Assembly: GCA_024654025.1 (NCBI GenBank)
Contig: JANLIR010000002.1
Location: 168,959-232,958 of the forward strand
Length of the DNA stretch: 64,000 nt
Source of the DNA: Candidatus Wolfebacteria bacterium
GTDB taxonomy: Bacteria; Patescibacteriota; Minisyncoccia; UBA6257; UBA9933
Direction of reading: 5' to 3'
The notes beneath the pieces were generated by a model, which was not told the origin of the DNA, made no database searches, and saw nothing but the letters and a program-made list of their open reading frames with translations. Position numbers and translations under genes: made by a program. Each line of letters begins with the position of its first letter. The first letter of the stretch is position 1. This document shows positions 32,571 to 42,890 of the stretch, piece by piece.

Positions 32571-33815
32571 ATGAGGCGTTTCTATTTTGATTACGCTGCT
32601 ACTACTCCGATTGACCCAGAGGTTTTAAAAGAAATAAATTCTAATTTAAGGAATAATTTTGGCAATCCCGGATCGCTCAATTTTTTCGGGCAAGCCGCAA
32701 TGGCAATGGTTGATAAATCGCGCGAAAAAATCGCCAACGCAATCAACGCTGATTTTCGGGAAATAATTTTTACCGGATCCGCGACGGAGGCAAACAATCT
32801 CGCACTCAGAGGAATACTAAAAAACGCCCGCCTGCGCCAAGGCTTCGGCGGGCAGGTAAAAACTAAAAGCAAAAAACCGAGAATAATTGTTTCAGCTATT
32901 GAACACGAATCTATTTTAGAAACTGCTAGAGATTTATCCGCCAGAGGCGGATCCGCCTTTGGCGGAGAAAAAGAAGGCGTGGAAATTATTTATTTGCCGG
33001 TTGATAAAAACGGCGTTGTGGATTTAAAGAAGTTAGAGAACGCATTGAACGAAAGAACGATTTTGGTTTCAATAATGTACGCGAACAACGAAACCGGAGT
33101 CATACAACCAATAGCAGAAATCGCCGAAATTATAAAAAAATTCAAAGAAAAAAAATACCCTAAACCCTACACCCTAAACCCTACACCCTATTTTCACACC
33201 GACGCTGTCCAGGCGTTCCAATTTCTGGATTGCAATATTAAAAACTTAGGGGTAGATTTAATGACTTTATCGGCTCATAAAATTTACGGACCAAAAGGAA
33301 TTGGCGCGTTATACGTACGCAACTCACAACTCACAACCTACAACTTACAACCAATAATTACTGGAGGAAAACAAGAATTTGGATTAAGATCCGGCACTGA
33401 AAACGTTGCCATGATAGCTGGTTTCGCCAAAGCAATTGAATTGGCAAATGAGAAACGGGAAAAAGAGAAAAAAAGAATTTTTTTGCTGGCGCAATATTTT
33501 TTTAAAGAAATAAAAAAGATTGTTCCGAGCGCCCAACTAAACGCAGGGAAGGCCAAGCGGCTGCCTAATATTTTAAATATCGCTTTCTCGGGTTATGACG
33601 CGGAGAGTTTGCTGATAAAATTTGACCTTAACGGCACTGCTGTTTCCCGAGGCTCGGCGTGTATGGCGCGTTCGTCTCAGTCGTCTTATGTATTAAAAGA
33701 AATGGGACTAAGTGAAAGCGAGCAGCGCTCCAGTTTGCGGTTTAGCTTCGGCAGATTTACAACAAAAGAAGAAATGTCTAAAGCCTTGAAAATTATAAAA
33801 AAAACATTAAAATAG
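32571..33815 (+). CDS. cysteine desulfurase (IscS/NifS family)
   Basis: YFDYAATTP, FTGSATEANN, SAHKIYGPKGIGALYVR (PLP Lys), RSGTENV, SRGSACM (active Cys). Start placed at MRRFYF. Confidence 0.9.
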   Translation: MRRFYFDYAATTPIDPEVLKEINSNLRNNFGNPGSLNFFGQAAMAMVDKSREKIANAINADFREIIFTGSATEANNLALRGILKNARLRQGFGGQVKTKSKKPRIIVSAIEHESILETARDLSARGGSAFGGEKEGVEIIYLPVDKNGVVDLKKLENALNERTILVSIMYANNETGVIQPIAEIAEIIKKFKEKKYPKPYTLNPTPYFHTDAVQAFQFLDCNIKNLGVDLMTLSAHKIYGPKGIGALYVRNSQLTTYNLQPIITGGKQEFGLRSGTENVAMIAGFAKAIELANEKREKEKKRIFLLAQYFFKEIKKIVPSAQLNAGKAKRLPNILNIAFSGYDAESLLIKFDLNGTAVSRGSACMARSSQSSYVLKEMGLSESEQRSSLRFSFGRFTTKEEMSKALKIIKKTLK

Positions 33816-33978
33816 ACCAAAATAATTCACTATAAGTTTGAAGGTTTTACCAAATGGAAAAGAACTCTCTTTTGAGATAACATTAGAAGAGAGGCCAAAC
33901 AATTAATAAGTAAATTAAAAAACTGGAGAATTGAAAGCTTCAAGTATTTCAGTCTTTTAGTATTTTAGTTTTTATAAT

Positions 33979-36651
33979 ATGGATCAATTTCATAGATTTA
34001 CAATTAAAGCTCAGGAAGCGCTTCAGAGAGCGCAGGACTTGGCTGTCCGGGAAAACCACGGCGAACTTAAAGCAATCCACCTGCTCGCTTCGTTAATCGA
34101 AGACGAGCAATCTTTGGTAAAACCCGTAATTTTGAAATCAGGAATAAATCTCGAAGCTTTGACTAACGAAGTTAGCGAAGAAATAAAAAAACAGCCTAAA
34201 ATTTTATCGCGCGGCGGAGTGGGCCAGCTTTATTTATCCCAAGAATTAATGATTATTTTGGACAAGGCCGCTAAAATCGCCCAGCAGCAAAGAGACGAAT
34301 TTGTTTCTTGCGAGCACATGCTTTTGGGAATTTTAGATTTTGAAGGATCAAGCGCGGGAAAAATTTTATCCAAATTTGGCCTCCAGCGCGACACTGCTTT
34401 AAGAATTTTAGCGCAGCTTAGGGGGTCAATGAGAATAACCGACGAAACCCCAGAAACAAAATTCCAGGTTTTAGAAAAATATGCCATTAATCTTACCGAA
34501 TCTGCGCGCCAGGGAAAACTTGATCCGGTTATCGGCCGCGAGGAAGAACTAAAGAGGCTCATCCAGGTTCTTAGCCGGAGAACAAAAAATAATCCTGTTT
34601 TAATAGGAGAATCGGGCGTCGGAAAAACTGCCATTGTCGAAGGATTGGCGCAAAGAATCATTGCCGGAGACGTTCCCGAGCCTCTAAAAGGCAAGGAAAT
34701 TATAATGCTTGATCTCGGATCTCTTATAGCCGGCACGAAATTCAGAGGCGAGTTTGAAGACCGATTAAAAGCCTTTATTAAAGAAGTTCAAAACTCAGCA
34801 GGAAAAATTATTCTTTTTATTGATGAAATTCACATGATTGTGGGAGCCGGTTCAGCGGAAGGCGCGGTTGATGCTTCTAATTTATTAAAACCGGCTCTGT
34901 CTCGGGGAGAGCTTCACGCAATCGGCGCGACAACCACTACCGAATACCGACGCTATATTGAAAAAGACGCGGCGCTCGAAAGAAGATTCCAGCCCATCAT
35001 TGTTGAAGAGCCTTCAATTGACGACAGCATTTCCATATTAAGAGGGCTCAAAGAAAAATACGAAGTTCATCACGGCATTAGAATCAGCGACGAAGCAATT
35101 ATTGCCGCCGTTAATTTGTCGGCGCGTTATATTACCGACAGATTTTTACCCGATAAAGCGGTTGATTTAATAGACGAGGCTGGTTCGGCAAGGAGGCTCG
35201 AAACCGAAAGCTTGCCGGGAGAAATCGATAAAATCAGGCACGAAATTTTACGCTTGGAAATAGAAAAATCCGCCCTTCAAACAGAGAGCGCGAGCAAATC
35301 AAAAGACCGTTTGAAAGAAATAGAAAAAGAACTCAGCGCCTTAAAAGAAAAAAACGACGAATTGTCGGCAAAGTGGCACGCTGAAAAAATAACTTTCGAA
35401 GAATTCCATAATCTTAGAAAGCGCATAGAAACTTTAAAGCGCGAAGCGGAAATGGCCGAGCGGGAAGGCAATTTGGAAAAAGTCGCTAAAATTCTTTACG
35501 GCGAATTGCCTCAAGCGGAAAAAGAAGAGAAAATTTTTGAAAAGAAATTTATGGTCGCTGAAAGAAAAACAGACATTAAAAACAAAAAGGGCAAGGATAA
35601 ATTTATAAAAGAAGCGGTTGACGAAGAAGATATTGCCCGCGTTGTTTCCAACTGGACAGGAATTCCTGTTTCAAAAATGCTTGAAAGCGAAGCGCAAAAA
35701 TTAAGCCGCATTGAAGAAGTTTTATCCAAAAGAGTTGTCGGTCAGGAGCAGGCTATAAAAGCTGTGGCCAATGCTTTGAGGCGCGCCAGAACCGGATTAA
35801 CCGAAGAACAGCGGCCTTTGGGGAGCTTTATGTTTTTGGGTCCGACAGGAGTCGGAAAAACAGAATTAGTAAGGGCGCTTTCGGAATTTATGTTTAACGA
35901 CGAAAAATCGCTTGTAAGAGTGGACATGTCCGAATATATGGAAAGGCATTCTGTTTCTCGGTTGATTGGTTCTCCTCCGGGCTATGTCGGTTATGAAGAG
36001 GGTGGCCGTTTAACCGATTCTATCCGGCACAAGCCGTACAGCTTGATTTTATTTGATGAAATCGAGAAGGCTCATCCCGATGTTTTTAATATCCTTTTGC
36101 AAATTTTTGATGACGGCCGATTGACCGACGGCAAGGGGAAAACCGTTAATTTCAAAAATAGCATAATAATTTTGACTTCAAATGTCGGCAGCGAATATTT
36201 CCAGGAAATTTCCCGCCTCGGTTTTGAGGTTCCGGGCAAAAAAGTGCAATCGGAGGCTAGTGAAAAAGCCGAACTTTTCAAGGAAAAGGTATTGGAAAAA
36301 CTTAAAGAAAATTTCCGACCGGAATTTTTGAACCGCTTAGACGAAATCGTCGTTTTTAATTCTCTGGGCTCGCAAGAGATTGAAAAAATAGTGGAAATTC
36401 AGCTTGAACAGGTCAGAAAAAGGCTGGCGAAAAGAAATCTTAATATCGTAATAGATGAGTCGGTTAAAAAATACATAACCCAAGAAGGATTTGATCCGGA
36501 TTTCGGCGCAAGGCCGATAAAAAGAATGATTCAAAAAGCAATTTTGGATCAATTGGCGGACCAGCTTATAAAAGGAAAATTCGAGAATGTTAAAAAAATT
36601 AAAATCAGCTTCAAAAACTCTCATCTTTCCATTGTTCCCGCCCGCGGTTAA
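33979..36651 (+). CDS. clpB: chaperone ClpB (AAA+ disaggregase)
   Basis: Clp-N repeats, two Walker A sites ([16 protein letters not shown]), long coiled-coil M domain, C-terminal GARPIKR. Confidence 0.95.
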   Translation: MDQFHRFTIKAQEALQRAQDLAVRENHGELKAIHLLASLIEDEQSLVKPVILKSGINLEALTNEVSEEIKKQPKILSRGGVGQLYLSQELMIILDKAAKIAQQQRDEFVSCEHMLLGILDFEGSSAGKILSKFGLQRDTALRILAQLRGSMRITDETPETKFQVLEKYAINLTESARQGKLDPVIGREEELKRLIQVLSRRTKNNPVLIGESGVGKTAIVEGLAQRIIAGDVPEPLKGKEIIMLDLGSLIAGTKFRGEFEDRLKAFIKEVQNSAGKIILFIDEIHMIVGAGSAEGAVDASNLLKPALSRGELHAIGATTTTEYRRYIEKDAALERRFQPIIVEEPSIDDSISILRGLKEKYEVHHGIRISDEAIIAAVNLSARYITDRFLPDKAVDLIDEAGSARRLETESLPGEIDKIRHEILRLEIEKSALQTESASKSKDRLKEIEKELSALKEKNDELSAKWHAEKITFEEFHNLRKRIETLKREAEMAEREGNLEKVAKILYGELPQAEKEEKIFEKKFMVAERKTDIKNKKGKDKFIKEAVDEEDIARVVSNWTGIPVSKMLESEAQKLSRIEEVLSKRVVGQEQAIKAVANALRRARTGLTEEQRPLGSFMFLGPTGVGKTELVRALSEFMFNDEKSLVRVDMSEYMERHSVSRLIGSPPGYVGYEEGGRLTDSIRHKPYSLILFDEIEKAHPDVFNILLQIFDDGRLTDGKGKTVNFKNSIIILTSNVGSEYFQEISRLGFEVPGKKVQSEASEKAELFKEKVLEKLKENFRPEFLNRLDEIVVFNSLGSQEIEKIVEIQLEQVRKRLAKRNLNIVIDESVKKYITQEGFDPDFGARPIKRMIQKAILDQLADQLIKGKFENVKKIKISFKNSHLSIVPARG

Positions 36652-37342
36652 AGCCGCGGTATTCGGAGCGCTGCTTTTTTGGATAAGCGCTCAAAGGAGT
36701 TTTTTAATCCTCCTTCTTTTTTTAGCAGCTGCTTTTTATTTTTATTTCCGCAAACTTTTGGAGTGGCGGAAGTTTTTTTATGCGTTTCTGGTTTTGATTT
36801 TCTATTCTTTAATCGTAATTAATTTTTTTAACAATCAGTTTTTTTCTGTCGTTTCTTCGATTTTTTTCGCCGCGCTTTTTTTTATGATTTTGGGAATAAA
36901 AAATTTCGTTTTTATAGACAGAGAAACAATTTTTAATTTTTTGTACTGGATTCTTTATTTTGTCGCTTCAATTGTTTTTTTTGCCAGCGACAAAACGGGC
37001 ACTCTCAATCTTTTGGGTTATTCTATTTTAACTTTTTTTGTTTTTTATATTTTATCCAAGGAGTCTCTTGATTTTCTTTATTCCGAAATATCTGTCAAAA
37101 AAAGGCGGCTGTTGGCCTTTGGCGTTTCTTTTATAACCATTCAAGCGGCCCACATAATCCGCTGGTTGCCTCTCGGATTTTTAAATTCCGCCGTAATGGC
37201 GGCTCTTCTTATTATTGTATTGGAGGATTTAATATCTTATCATTTAAAAGGAGCCCTCAACCGCCAGATAATCATAAAAAATGCTGTTGTTTTACTGGTT
37301 ATGGTGTTTTTAATTTTTTTGGCGGTTAGATTTCAAATCTAA
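36587..37342 (+). CDS. hypothetical polytopic membrane protein
   Basis: Phe/Leu-rich multi-TM ORF. The start is uncertain and overlaps the clpB end. Confidence 0.45.
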   Translation: MLKKLKSASKTLIFPLFPPAVKAAVFGALLFWISAQRSFLILLLFLAAAFYFYFRKLLEWRKFFYAFLVLIFYSLIVINFFNNQFFSVVSSIFFAALFFMILGIKNFVFIDRETIFNFLYWILYFVASIVFFASDKTGTLNLLGYSILTFFVFYILSKESLDFLYSEISVKKRRLLAFGVSFITIQAAHIIRWLPLGFLNSAVMAALLIIVLEDLISYHLKGALNRQIIIKNAVVLLVMVFLIFLAVRFQI

Positions 37343-37350
37343 CTTATTGC

Positions 37351-38127
37351 ATGGCTAAAGTTTTTGCCGTTTGTAATCAAAAAGGCGGGGTAGCTAAGAC
37401 AACTACTAGCGTCAATTTATCAGCTTATTTGTCGCTCATGGGGAAAAAGGTTTTGCTTATTGATTTTGATCCTCAAGCGAACGCCACCGCCAGCTTAGGC
37501 CACTTGGCCAAAGAAGACCAAGCCGGAATTTATCACGGCATTTTAGGTTACTCTTCGCCGGAAGAAATAATTCTTCCGACCGCGCTTTTTAACCATCATC
37601 TAATCCCTGCTAGCCAAGGATTAGCAGGCGCCCTTATTGAGCTGGTTGACCAGCCGGAAAGGGAATCATTTTTAAGAAAATTTATAAACAGAATCCGCCA
37701 TTTGTATGATTATATATTTGTCGATCTTCCACCGTCCTTGAGTTTGCTTACCTTAAACGGCCTGGTTGCTTCTGATGAGGTTTTAATCCCCATTCAGTGC
37801 GAGTACTTGAGTTTGGAAGGGCTTGGCCAGCTTTTGGAAACAGTCAATATGATAAACAGGAATTTAGGCAAAAATATAAAAATTGCCGGCGCTGTTTTAA
37901 CAATGTACGACAAAAATAGGGAATTGAATCGTGAGGTTGCGCAAAATATCAGAACTTATTTTCCCCACACTGTTTTCAAAAGCGAGATACCTCGCTGTGA
38001 TGCTTTGGCTGAGGCGCCGAGTTTCGGCAGGCCTGTTGTTTTATATGACCCTAAAGCCGCCGGCGCTCAAGCTTACGAAAAATTAGCAAGGGAAATTATT
38101 GAATTGGAGAAAGGAATAATCGAATAA
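37351..38127 (+). CDS. parA: chromosome partitioning ATPase ParA/Soj
   Basis: Deviant Walker A NQKGGVAKTTT, IDFDPQANAT, FVDLPPS. Confidence 0.92.
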   Translation: MAKVFAVCNQKGGVAKTTTSVNLSAYLSLMGKKVLLIDFDPQANATASLGHLAKEDQAGIYHGILGYSSPEEIILPTALFNHHLIPASQGLAGALIELVDQPERESFLRKFINRIRHLYDYIFVDLPPSLSLLTLNGLVASDEVLIPIQCEYLSLEGLGQLLETVNMINRNLGKNIKIAGAVLTMYDKNRELNREVAQNIRTYFPHTVFKSEIPRCDALAEAPSFGRPVVLYDPKAAGAQAYEKLAREIIELEKGIIE

Positions 38128-38131
38128 ATAT

Positions 38132-39208
38132 ATGTTAGGCAAAGGTTTAGAATCTTTAATACCAAAAAAATCTCAAAACGACGATTCGTCGAGTGGTTCT
38201 TTTGATGATCAGAAAACAGATTCTCCGGTTGGCGGAGGTGTTGGGTTTAAAATAGAAAACAAAATAAAAGATATTTCCTTTAGCGAAAAAGAAGAAGAAA
38301 GAAAAGAACTTTTTCAAAAATCGCAAGAAAAAGATCAAGAACAAATTGTAAAACCAGGCAAACACCACCAGGAAGCGATTTTTCATATAGAAACCGAAAA
38401 AATAAAATCTAATCCGCACCAACCGCGAAAACATTTTGACGAGGAATCGTTAAAAGAATTAGCGGATTCAATCCGTGAATTCGGAATTATCCAGCCGCTT
38501 ATAGTTTCTAAAATTGAAAAAGAAACCGATTTTGGCACAGAGGTTGAGTATCAGCTCATTGCCGGAGAACGTCGTTTGATGGCTGCTAAACTTGTGGGCC
38601 TTGAAAGAGTGCCAGTTGTTATAAGAAGATTTTCTCAAAAAGCCGAAGGGCTTGAAGTGGCAATTGTGGAAAATCTTCAGCGAGCTGACCTTAATTCTAT
38701 TGAGGTGGCGCGCGCTTACGCTAAACTTCAAGACGAATTCGGTTTGACTCAAAGAGAAGTCGCCGCTCGAATGGGAAAGAGCCGTGAAACAATCGCCAAC
38801 ACATTACGACTTTTAAATTTGCCAAGCGAAATTCAAGACGCTTTGGCGGATAATAAAATAAACGAAAGCCAGGCGAGGATGCTTTTGGTGGTTGATGATC
38901 ATATAGCGCAGAAAAAACTTTTTGAGGAACTTTTGAACAAGGGTTTAACAGTTCGAGAACTTCGCTCTCGCATTAGGCGTGCCAAGCCGAATTCAGAAAG
39001 CCAAAAAGAAGAAGCCGGCGGTTTTCAAGACGAAGAAACTCACCAGCTTGAAGAAAGATTGGAACAAACGCTCGGCACGCGGGTGAAAATAGACAAGAAA
39101 AATACGTCAGCTGGCGGAGGCGGAAAAATTGTTATATCTTTTTATTCTCCGGAAGAGCTTTATGGTATCGTAAAAAAACTTAATCCGACAGATGAAAATT
39201 TCCAATGA
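38132..39208 (+). CDS. parB: chromosome partitioning protein ParB/Spo0J with long low-complexity N-terminus
   Basis: IKSNPHQPRK, GIIQPLIV, LIAGERRLMAAK, HTH TQREVAARMGKSRETIANTLRLL. Confidence 0.9.
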   Translation: MLGKGLESLIPKKSQNDDSSSGSFDDQKTDSPVGGGVGFKIENKIKDISFSEKEEERKELFQKSQEKDQEQIVKPGKHHQEAIFHIETEKIKSNPHQPRKHFDEESLKELADSIREFGIIQPLIVSKIEKETDFGTEVEYQLIAGERRLMAAKLVGLERVPVVIRRFSQKAEGLEVAIVENLQRADLNSIEVARAYAKLQDEFGLTQREVAARMGKSRETIANTLRLLNLPSEIQDALADNKINESQARMLLVVDDHIAQKKLFEELLNKGLTVRELRSRIRRAKPNSESQKEEAGGFQDEETHQLEERLEQTLGTRVKIDKKNTSAGGGGKIVISFYSPEELYGIVKKLNPTDENFQ

Positions 39209-40925
39209 ACATATTTCTAAAATTCTTCGAGAGATAGCGGTGTATTTGGAAATGCAAAATGTTCCATTTAAGCCGCGCGCGTACGAAAAAACCGCCATCG
39301 CGGTTGCCGACCTTTCCGAAGATTTGCACGCCCTTTATGAGAAGGGCGGCATTAAAGCTATCGAAGAAATCGAGGGTGTAGGCGTTTCCATTGCCGAGAA
39401 AATTGAAGAAATAATAAAAACCGGATATTTAAAATATTACGACCAGCTGAAGAAAAAAACTCCGGTTGACGTGAGTTCTTTAATGTCAGTTGAGGGTCTT
39501 GGGCCCAAAAAAATCAAAAAACTTTACCAAGAGTTGAAAATTACAAATGTTGAGGAATTGGAAAGATCGGCAAGAGCCGGAAAAATCAGAAGTTTGGAGG
39601 GATTTGGCGAAAAAACCGAGGAAAATATTTTAAAAAGTTTGGAATTTTTACGGCAAGCAGGCGGCAGATTTATTCTGGGCTATATAATGCCCGATATCAG
39701 GAAAATCGAAAGCGATTTAAAAAAATTAAAAGAAGTTAAAAAAATCATTGTTGCCGGTTCAGTCCGCCGCAGAAAAGAAACAATAGGTGATGTTGATATT
39801 TTGATTGTTTCTAGCAAGCCCGCTCCGGTTATGGATTTCTTTGTGAATATGCCAAATGTCGCCAGAGTCGTGACTCACGGAAGCACTAAGTCGGCCGTAA
39901 AACTGAAAAACGGGCTTGATGTTGATGTCTGTGTTGTAGCGGAGAAATCCTACGGCGCGGCTTTAAATTATTTTACCGGCTCTAAATACCACAACATCGC
40001 TTTACGGGAAATCGCGATCAAGTATGGGTTTAATCTAAATGAATACGGGTTGTTTAAAGGTAAGAAAACAATTACTGGGAAAACCGAAGAAGAGATTTAT
40101 AAAAAATTAGGGCTTGATTATATTGAGCCGGAAATGCGTGAAAACGAAGGGGAAATTGAGCTCTCTAGCGAACATAAACTTCCTAAATTGATTGGCTATA
40201 ATGATTTGCAAGGGGATTTGCAGATTCAAACTAATTGGACTGACGGTTCAAACACAATAGAAGAATACGCAGAAGTTGCGATTAAAAAAGGATTGAAATA
40301 TATCGTTATAACTGATCATACAAAAAGGTTGGCAATGACTGGCGGACTTGACGAGAAAAAACTTTTAAAGCAAATCGCTGAAATAGGAAAAATTAATGAA
40401 AAGTTATCAGCTAAGGGCTACAAGTTTAAAATTCTTGCCGGCAGCGAGGTGGATATTTTGAAAGACGGAACTTTAGATTTAAAAGATGAGGCTTTAAAAA
40501 AACTTGATGTTTGCGGGACCGCAATCCATTCTTATTTTAATTTACCAAAAGAAGAACAGACAAAAAGAATAATTCGCGCCATGGAAAATCCGCACGTTGA
40601 TATAATTTTTCATCCCACCGGAAGAATTATTAATCGTCGACCAGCTTATGAGGTCGATATTGACGAGATAATTAAAGCCGCCAAAAGAACCAACACGGTT
40701 TTAGAAATTGACGCATTTCCGGACAGATTGGATTTGAAAGACGACTATATTAGAAAATGTGTGTTTGCCGGAGTGAAATTAGCCATTGATAGCGACGCGC
40801 ACTTGGTCAGCCATATGGATTTTCTGGAATTCGGCATAGCCCAAGCTCGCCGCGGCTGGGCCACTAAAGACGATATTATAAACACAAGGCCGGTAGAAGC
40901 AATGCTTAAATTATTAAAGAAATAA
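39192..40925 (+). CDS. polX: family X DNA polymerase with C-terminal PHP domain
   Basis: HhH motifs (IEGVGVSIAEKI, VEGLGPKKIKKL), GSVRRRKETIGDVDIL nucleotidyltransferase motif, PHP domain (ITDHT..., DSDAH). Confidence 0.9.
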   Translation: MKISNEHISKILREIAVYLEMQNVPFKPRAYEKTAIAVADLSEDLHALYEKGGIKAIEEIEGVGVSIAEKIEEIIKTGYLKYYDQLKKKTPVDVSSLMSVEGLGPKKIKKLYQELKITNVEELERSARAGKIRSLEGFGEKTEENILKSLEFLRQAGGRFILGYIMPDIRKIESDLKKLKEVKKIIVAGSVRRRKETIGDVDILIVSSKPAPVMDFFVNMPNVARVVTHGSTKSAVKLKNGLDVDVCVVAEKSYGAALNYFTGSKYHNIALREIAIKYGFNLNEYGLFKGKKTITGKTEEEIYKKLGLDYIEPEMRENEGEIELSSEHKLPKLIGYNDLQGDLQIQTNWTDGSNTIEEYAEVAIKKGLKYIVITDHTKRLAMTGGLDEKKLLKQIAEIGKINEKLSAKGYKFKILAGSEVDILKDGTLDLKDEALKKLDVCGTAIHSYFNLPKEEQTKRIIRAMENPHVDIIFHPTGRIINRRPAYEVDIDEIIKAAKRTNTVLEIDAFPDRLDLKDDYIRKCVFAGVKLAIDSDAHLVSHMDFLEFGIAQARRGWATKDDIINTRPVEAMLKLLKK

Positions 40926-40935
40926 ACGCGTGCTT

Positions 40936-40968
40936 GCCCCGCACCAAAACAAGTGTTGGTGCGGGGGC
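40936..40968 (+). terminator. polX terminator hairpin (CCCCGCAC family)
   Basis: CCCCGCACCAA aacaagtg TTGGTGCGGGG. Confidence 0.6.
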
Positions 40969-41005
40969 CATTGGAGAAAATGCTAAAAATGTTAAAATAA
41001 AAAAC

Positions 41006-41509
41006 ATGAGAGAAATTTCAGCCGGGATTATTATTTATAGAATAACGGCCCAAGGGCCGAAATTTTTGCTTCTTTACCACGGCAATAATTATTGGAATTT
41101 TCCCAAGGGGAAATTAGAAGTGGCGGAAAGAAGTTTCCAAGCGGCTTTAAGAGAAATAAAAGAAGAAACCGGATTAGTAAGGGGCGATCTCAATTTTAGT
41201 GATTATTTTAAAACCAAAGAGAACTTTTATTTTTACAGAAAAATTGGAGAAAAGAAAATGAAGGTTTTTAAAAATATCACTTTTTATCTTGCCGAGACCC
41301 AAAAAAAACAAATAAAAATTTCCGAAAAAAAAGAGGGCGAACCGCACGAAGGATTTGCGTGGGTTACCTTTCCGGAAGCGATGAAAGTTTTAACAAAAAA
41401 CAAAGACAGCCGGAGAATTTTAACGCAAGCGTATAATTTTTTAAGAAAAAGTAAATCTTCACACGCGCCATCTGATAGAATTGACACCGGTAAGCCCAAA
41501 ATGGTATAA
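41006..41509 (+). CDS. NUDIX hydrolase
   Basis: Nudix box GKLEVAERSFQAALREIKEETGL. Start placed at MREISAG. Confidence 0.8.
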   Translation: MREISAGIIIYRITAQGPKFLLLYHGNNYWNFPKGKLEVAERSFQAALREIKEETGLVRGDLNFSDYFKTKENFYFYRKIGEKKMKVFKNITFYLAETQKKQIKISEKKEGEPHEGFAWVTFPEAMKVLTKNKDSRRILTQAYNFLRKSKSSHAPSDRIDTGKPKMV

Positions 41510-41601
41510 AAGTTTTAGAACTTAAACTTTTTTATATATACGAATAAGATAAAGGCAGTATGCCGCGAACCTTTAATTAACCGATCTTAAGGAGGTGACC
41601 G

Positions 41602-41784
41602 ATGAAAGCAGAACAGATTTCTCGTGTAAACGGAATGCTTCGCCGGCATCGAAAAGTCGTGTGCGTGCTTTGCGGGCAAACTCCGAGAGGCGAAGTCGTA
41701 AAGCGTAAGAAGAAGGACGAGGGAACGTGTTTCCCGGCGCAATGCGGGAAGGTTTTATACTCTCCGGTGCTTCCGCTCCAGTAA
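41602..41784 (+). CDS. hypothetical small zinc-ribbon-like protein (GC-rich cassette)
   Basis: tAAGGAGGTGAccgATG. CVLCG...CFPAQCG (4 Cys). 60 aa. Confidence 0.45.
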   Translation: MKAEQISRVNGMLRRHRKVVCVLCGQTPRGEVVKRKKKDEGTCFPAQCGKVLYSPVLPLQ

Positions 41785-41818
41785 CTTTAGAACGGACAAG
41801 CGAAACGCTATTTAAAAA

Positions 41819-41842
41819 GGCCACCCCCGAAAGAGGGTGGCC
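41819..41842. terminator. bidirectional terminator hairpin
   Basis: GGCCACCC ccgaaaga GGGTGGCC between the small ORF and rplT. Confidence 0.7.
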
Positions 41843-41847
41843 ACAGT

Positions 41848-42192
41848 TTATTTTATTTTTTTCACAATCTTTTCAAAAACTTTTGGTTCGTTTTGCGCTA
41901 AGTCAGCCAAGATTTTTCTGTCTATCAATATATTAGCTTTTTTGAGTCCGGCAATAAGCTTGCTGTAAGTTAAGCCGTGGGTTCTTGAGGCGGCGTTTAT
42001 CTGGGTTAGCCACAGGGACCGGTAGTCTCTTTTCTTTTCTTTTCTTCCTCGAAAAGCGTGCGTCCAAGCATGAAGCAAGGCTTCTTTGGCTGCCCGCTCT
42101 TTTGATTTTCTGCCCCATTTAAAACCCTTGGTGTATTTGAGCAGTTTTTCTCTTTTCTTATGCGCTGTTTTCCCTCGTTTTACTCGGGTCAT
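41848..42192 (-). CDS. rplT: 50S ribosomal protein L20
   Basis: MTRVKRGKTAHKKREKLLKYTKGFKWGRK... Confidence 0.95.
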   Translation of the reverse strand: MTRVKRGKTAHKKREKLLKYTKGFKWGRKSKERAAKEALLHAWTHAFRGRKEKKRDYRSLWLTQINAASRTHGLTYSKLIAGLKKANILIDRKILADLAQNEPKVFEKIVKKIK

Positions 42193-42206
42193 ATTTTATT
42201 TGGTTT

Positions 42207-42371
42207 TTATCTGGCTTGCATTATTTTTTCACCGTAAACCGACCGCATGCCCTTTCTTCTTTTTCTCTGGGTAGTGCTCTTCTTAGCTCGAAAATGCCCT
42301 TGGCCCATGGCTCTGCGCAGTATTTTTCCCGTTCCGGTTATTTTTATTCTGCTTGTAAAACTTTTTTTCAT
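42207..42371 (-). CDS. rpmI: 50S ribosomal protein L35
   Basis: Hand translation: MKKSFTSRIKITGTGKILRRAMGQGHFRAKKSTTQRKRRKGMRSVYGEKIMQAR*. ATGA overlap with the infC stop. Below the ORF-track cutoff. Confidence 0.9.
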   Translation of the reverse strand: MKKSFTSRIKITGTGKILRRAMGQGHFRAKKSTTQRKRRKGMRSVYGEKIMQAR

Positions 42372-42874
42372 TTTTTTGTGATTTGTACGGATAATCCTCG
42401 TCCTCCGATTTTCGGGTCAGAAGTTTTTTTGTGTTCAATCGTTATTAATTTCAAAAAAACATCTAATTTTTTATACGCCAAATCTTTAAACATTTTTTCC
42501 CTGCCCCTCATAACAACCGTCACGTCAACCTTATTGTCTTTTTCTAAAAAGTCGTTTGCTCGTCTCGCCTTGACGTTCATATCGTTTATCGCTTCTTTCA
42601 TGCTGATTTTAACTTGTTTTAATTCTCCGATTTTCTGGGCAGCGTATTGTTTTTTCAACTCTTTTTCTTTCTGGTAGCGGAATTTGTCATAGCTCATTAT
42701 TCTGGCAACCGGCGGCTTGGCGGTTGGCGCGATTTCTATCAAATCAAAACCTCTTTCTAGAGACAATTTTAATGCCACGCTTGTCGGCATTAGTCCCAAG
42801 TTTTCGCCTTTTTCATCAATGACTCTTAATTCAGGCGCTGTTATTTGATTGTTTATTCTTGTCTGTATATTAAT
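42368..42874 (-). CDS. infC: translation initiation factor IF-3 (probable ATT start)
   Basis: INNQITAPELRVIDEKGENLGLM, DLIEIAPTAKPPVARIMSYDKFRYQ. The ORF-track N-terminus runs into the tmRNA, so an in-frame ATT at 42874 is proposed (inference). Confidence 0.85.
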   Translation of the reverse strand: MNIQTRINNQITAPELRVIDEKGENLGLMPTSVALKLSLERGFDLIEIAPTAKPPVARIMSYDKFRYQKEKELKKQYAAQKIGELKQVKISMKEAINDMNVKARRANDFLEKDNKVDVTVVMRGREKMFKDLAYKKLDVFLKLITIEHKKTSDPKIGGRGLSVQITKK

Positions 42875-42890
42875 TTTTTGTTTTTTATAG

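Noticed and set aside
33157-33191. CCCTAAA/TTTAGGG units as telomere repeats
   Set aside because: These are only five degenerate units inside a bacterial CDS. The resemblance to plant-type telomeres is coincidental.
40934-41005. N-terminal extension of the NUDIX ORF
   Set aside because: It spans the polX terminator hairpin and starts at a non-ATG codon. MREISAG at 41006 fits the family.
42216-42677. 153-aa plus-strand ORF
   Set aside because: It lies antisense to rpmI and infC.
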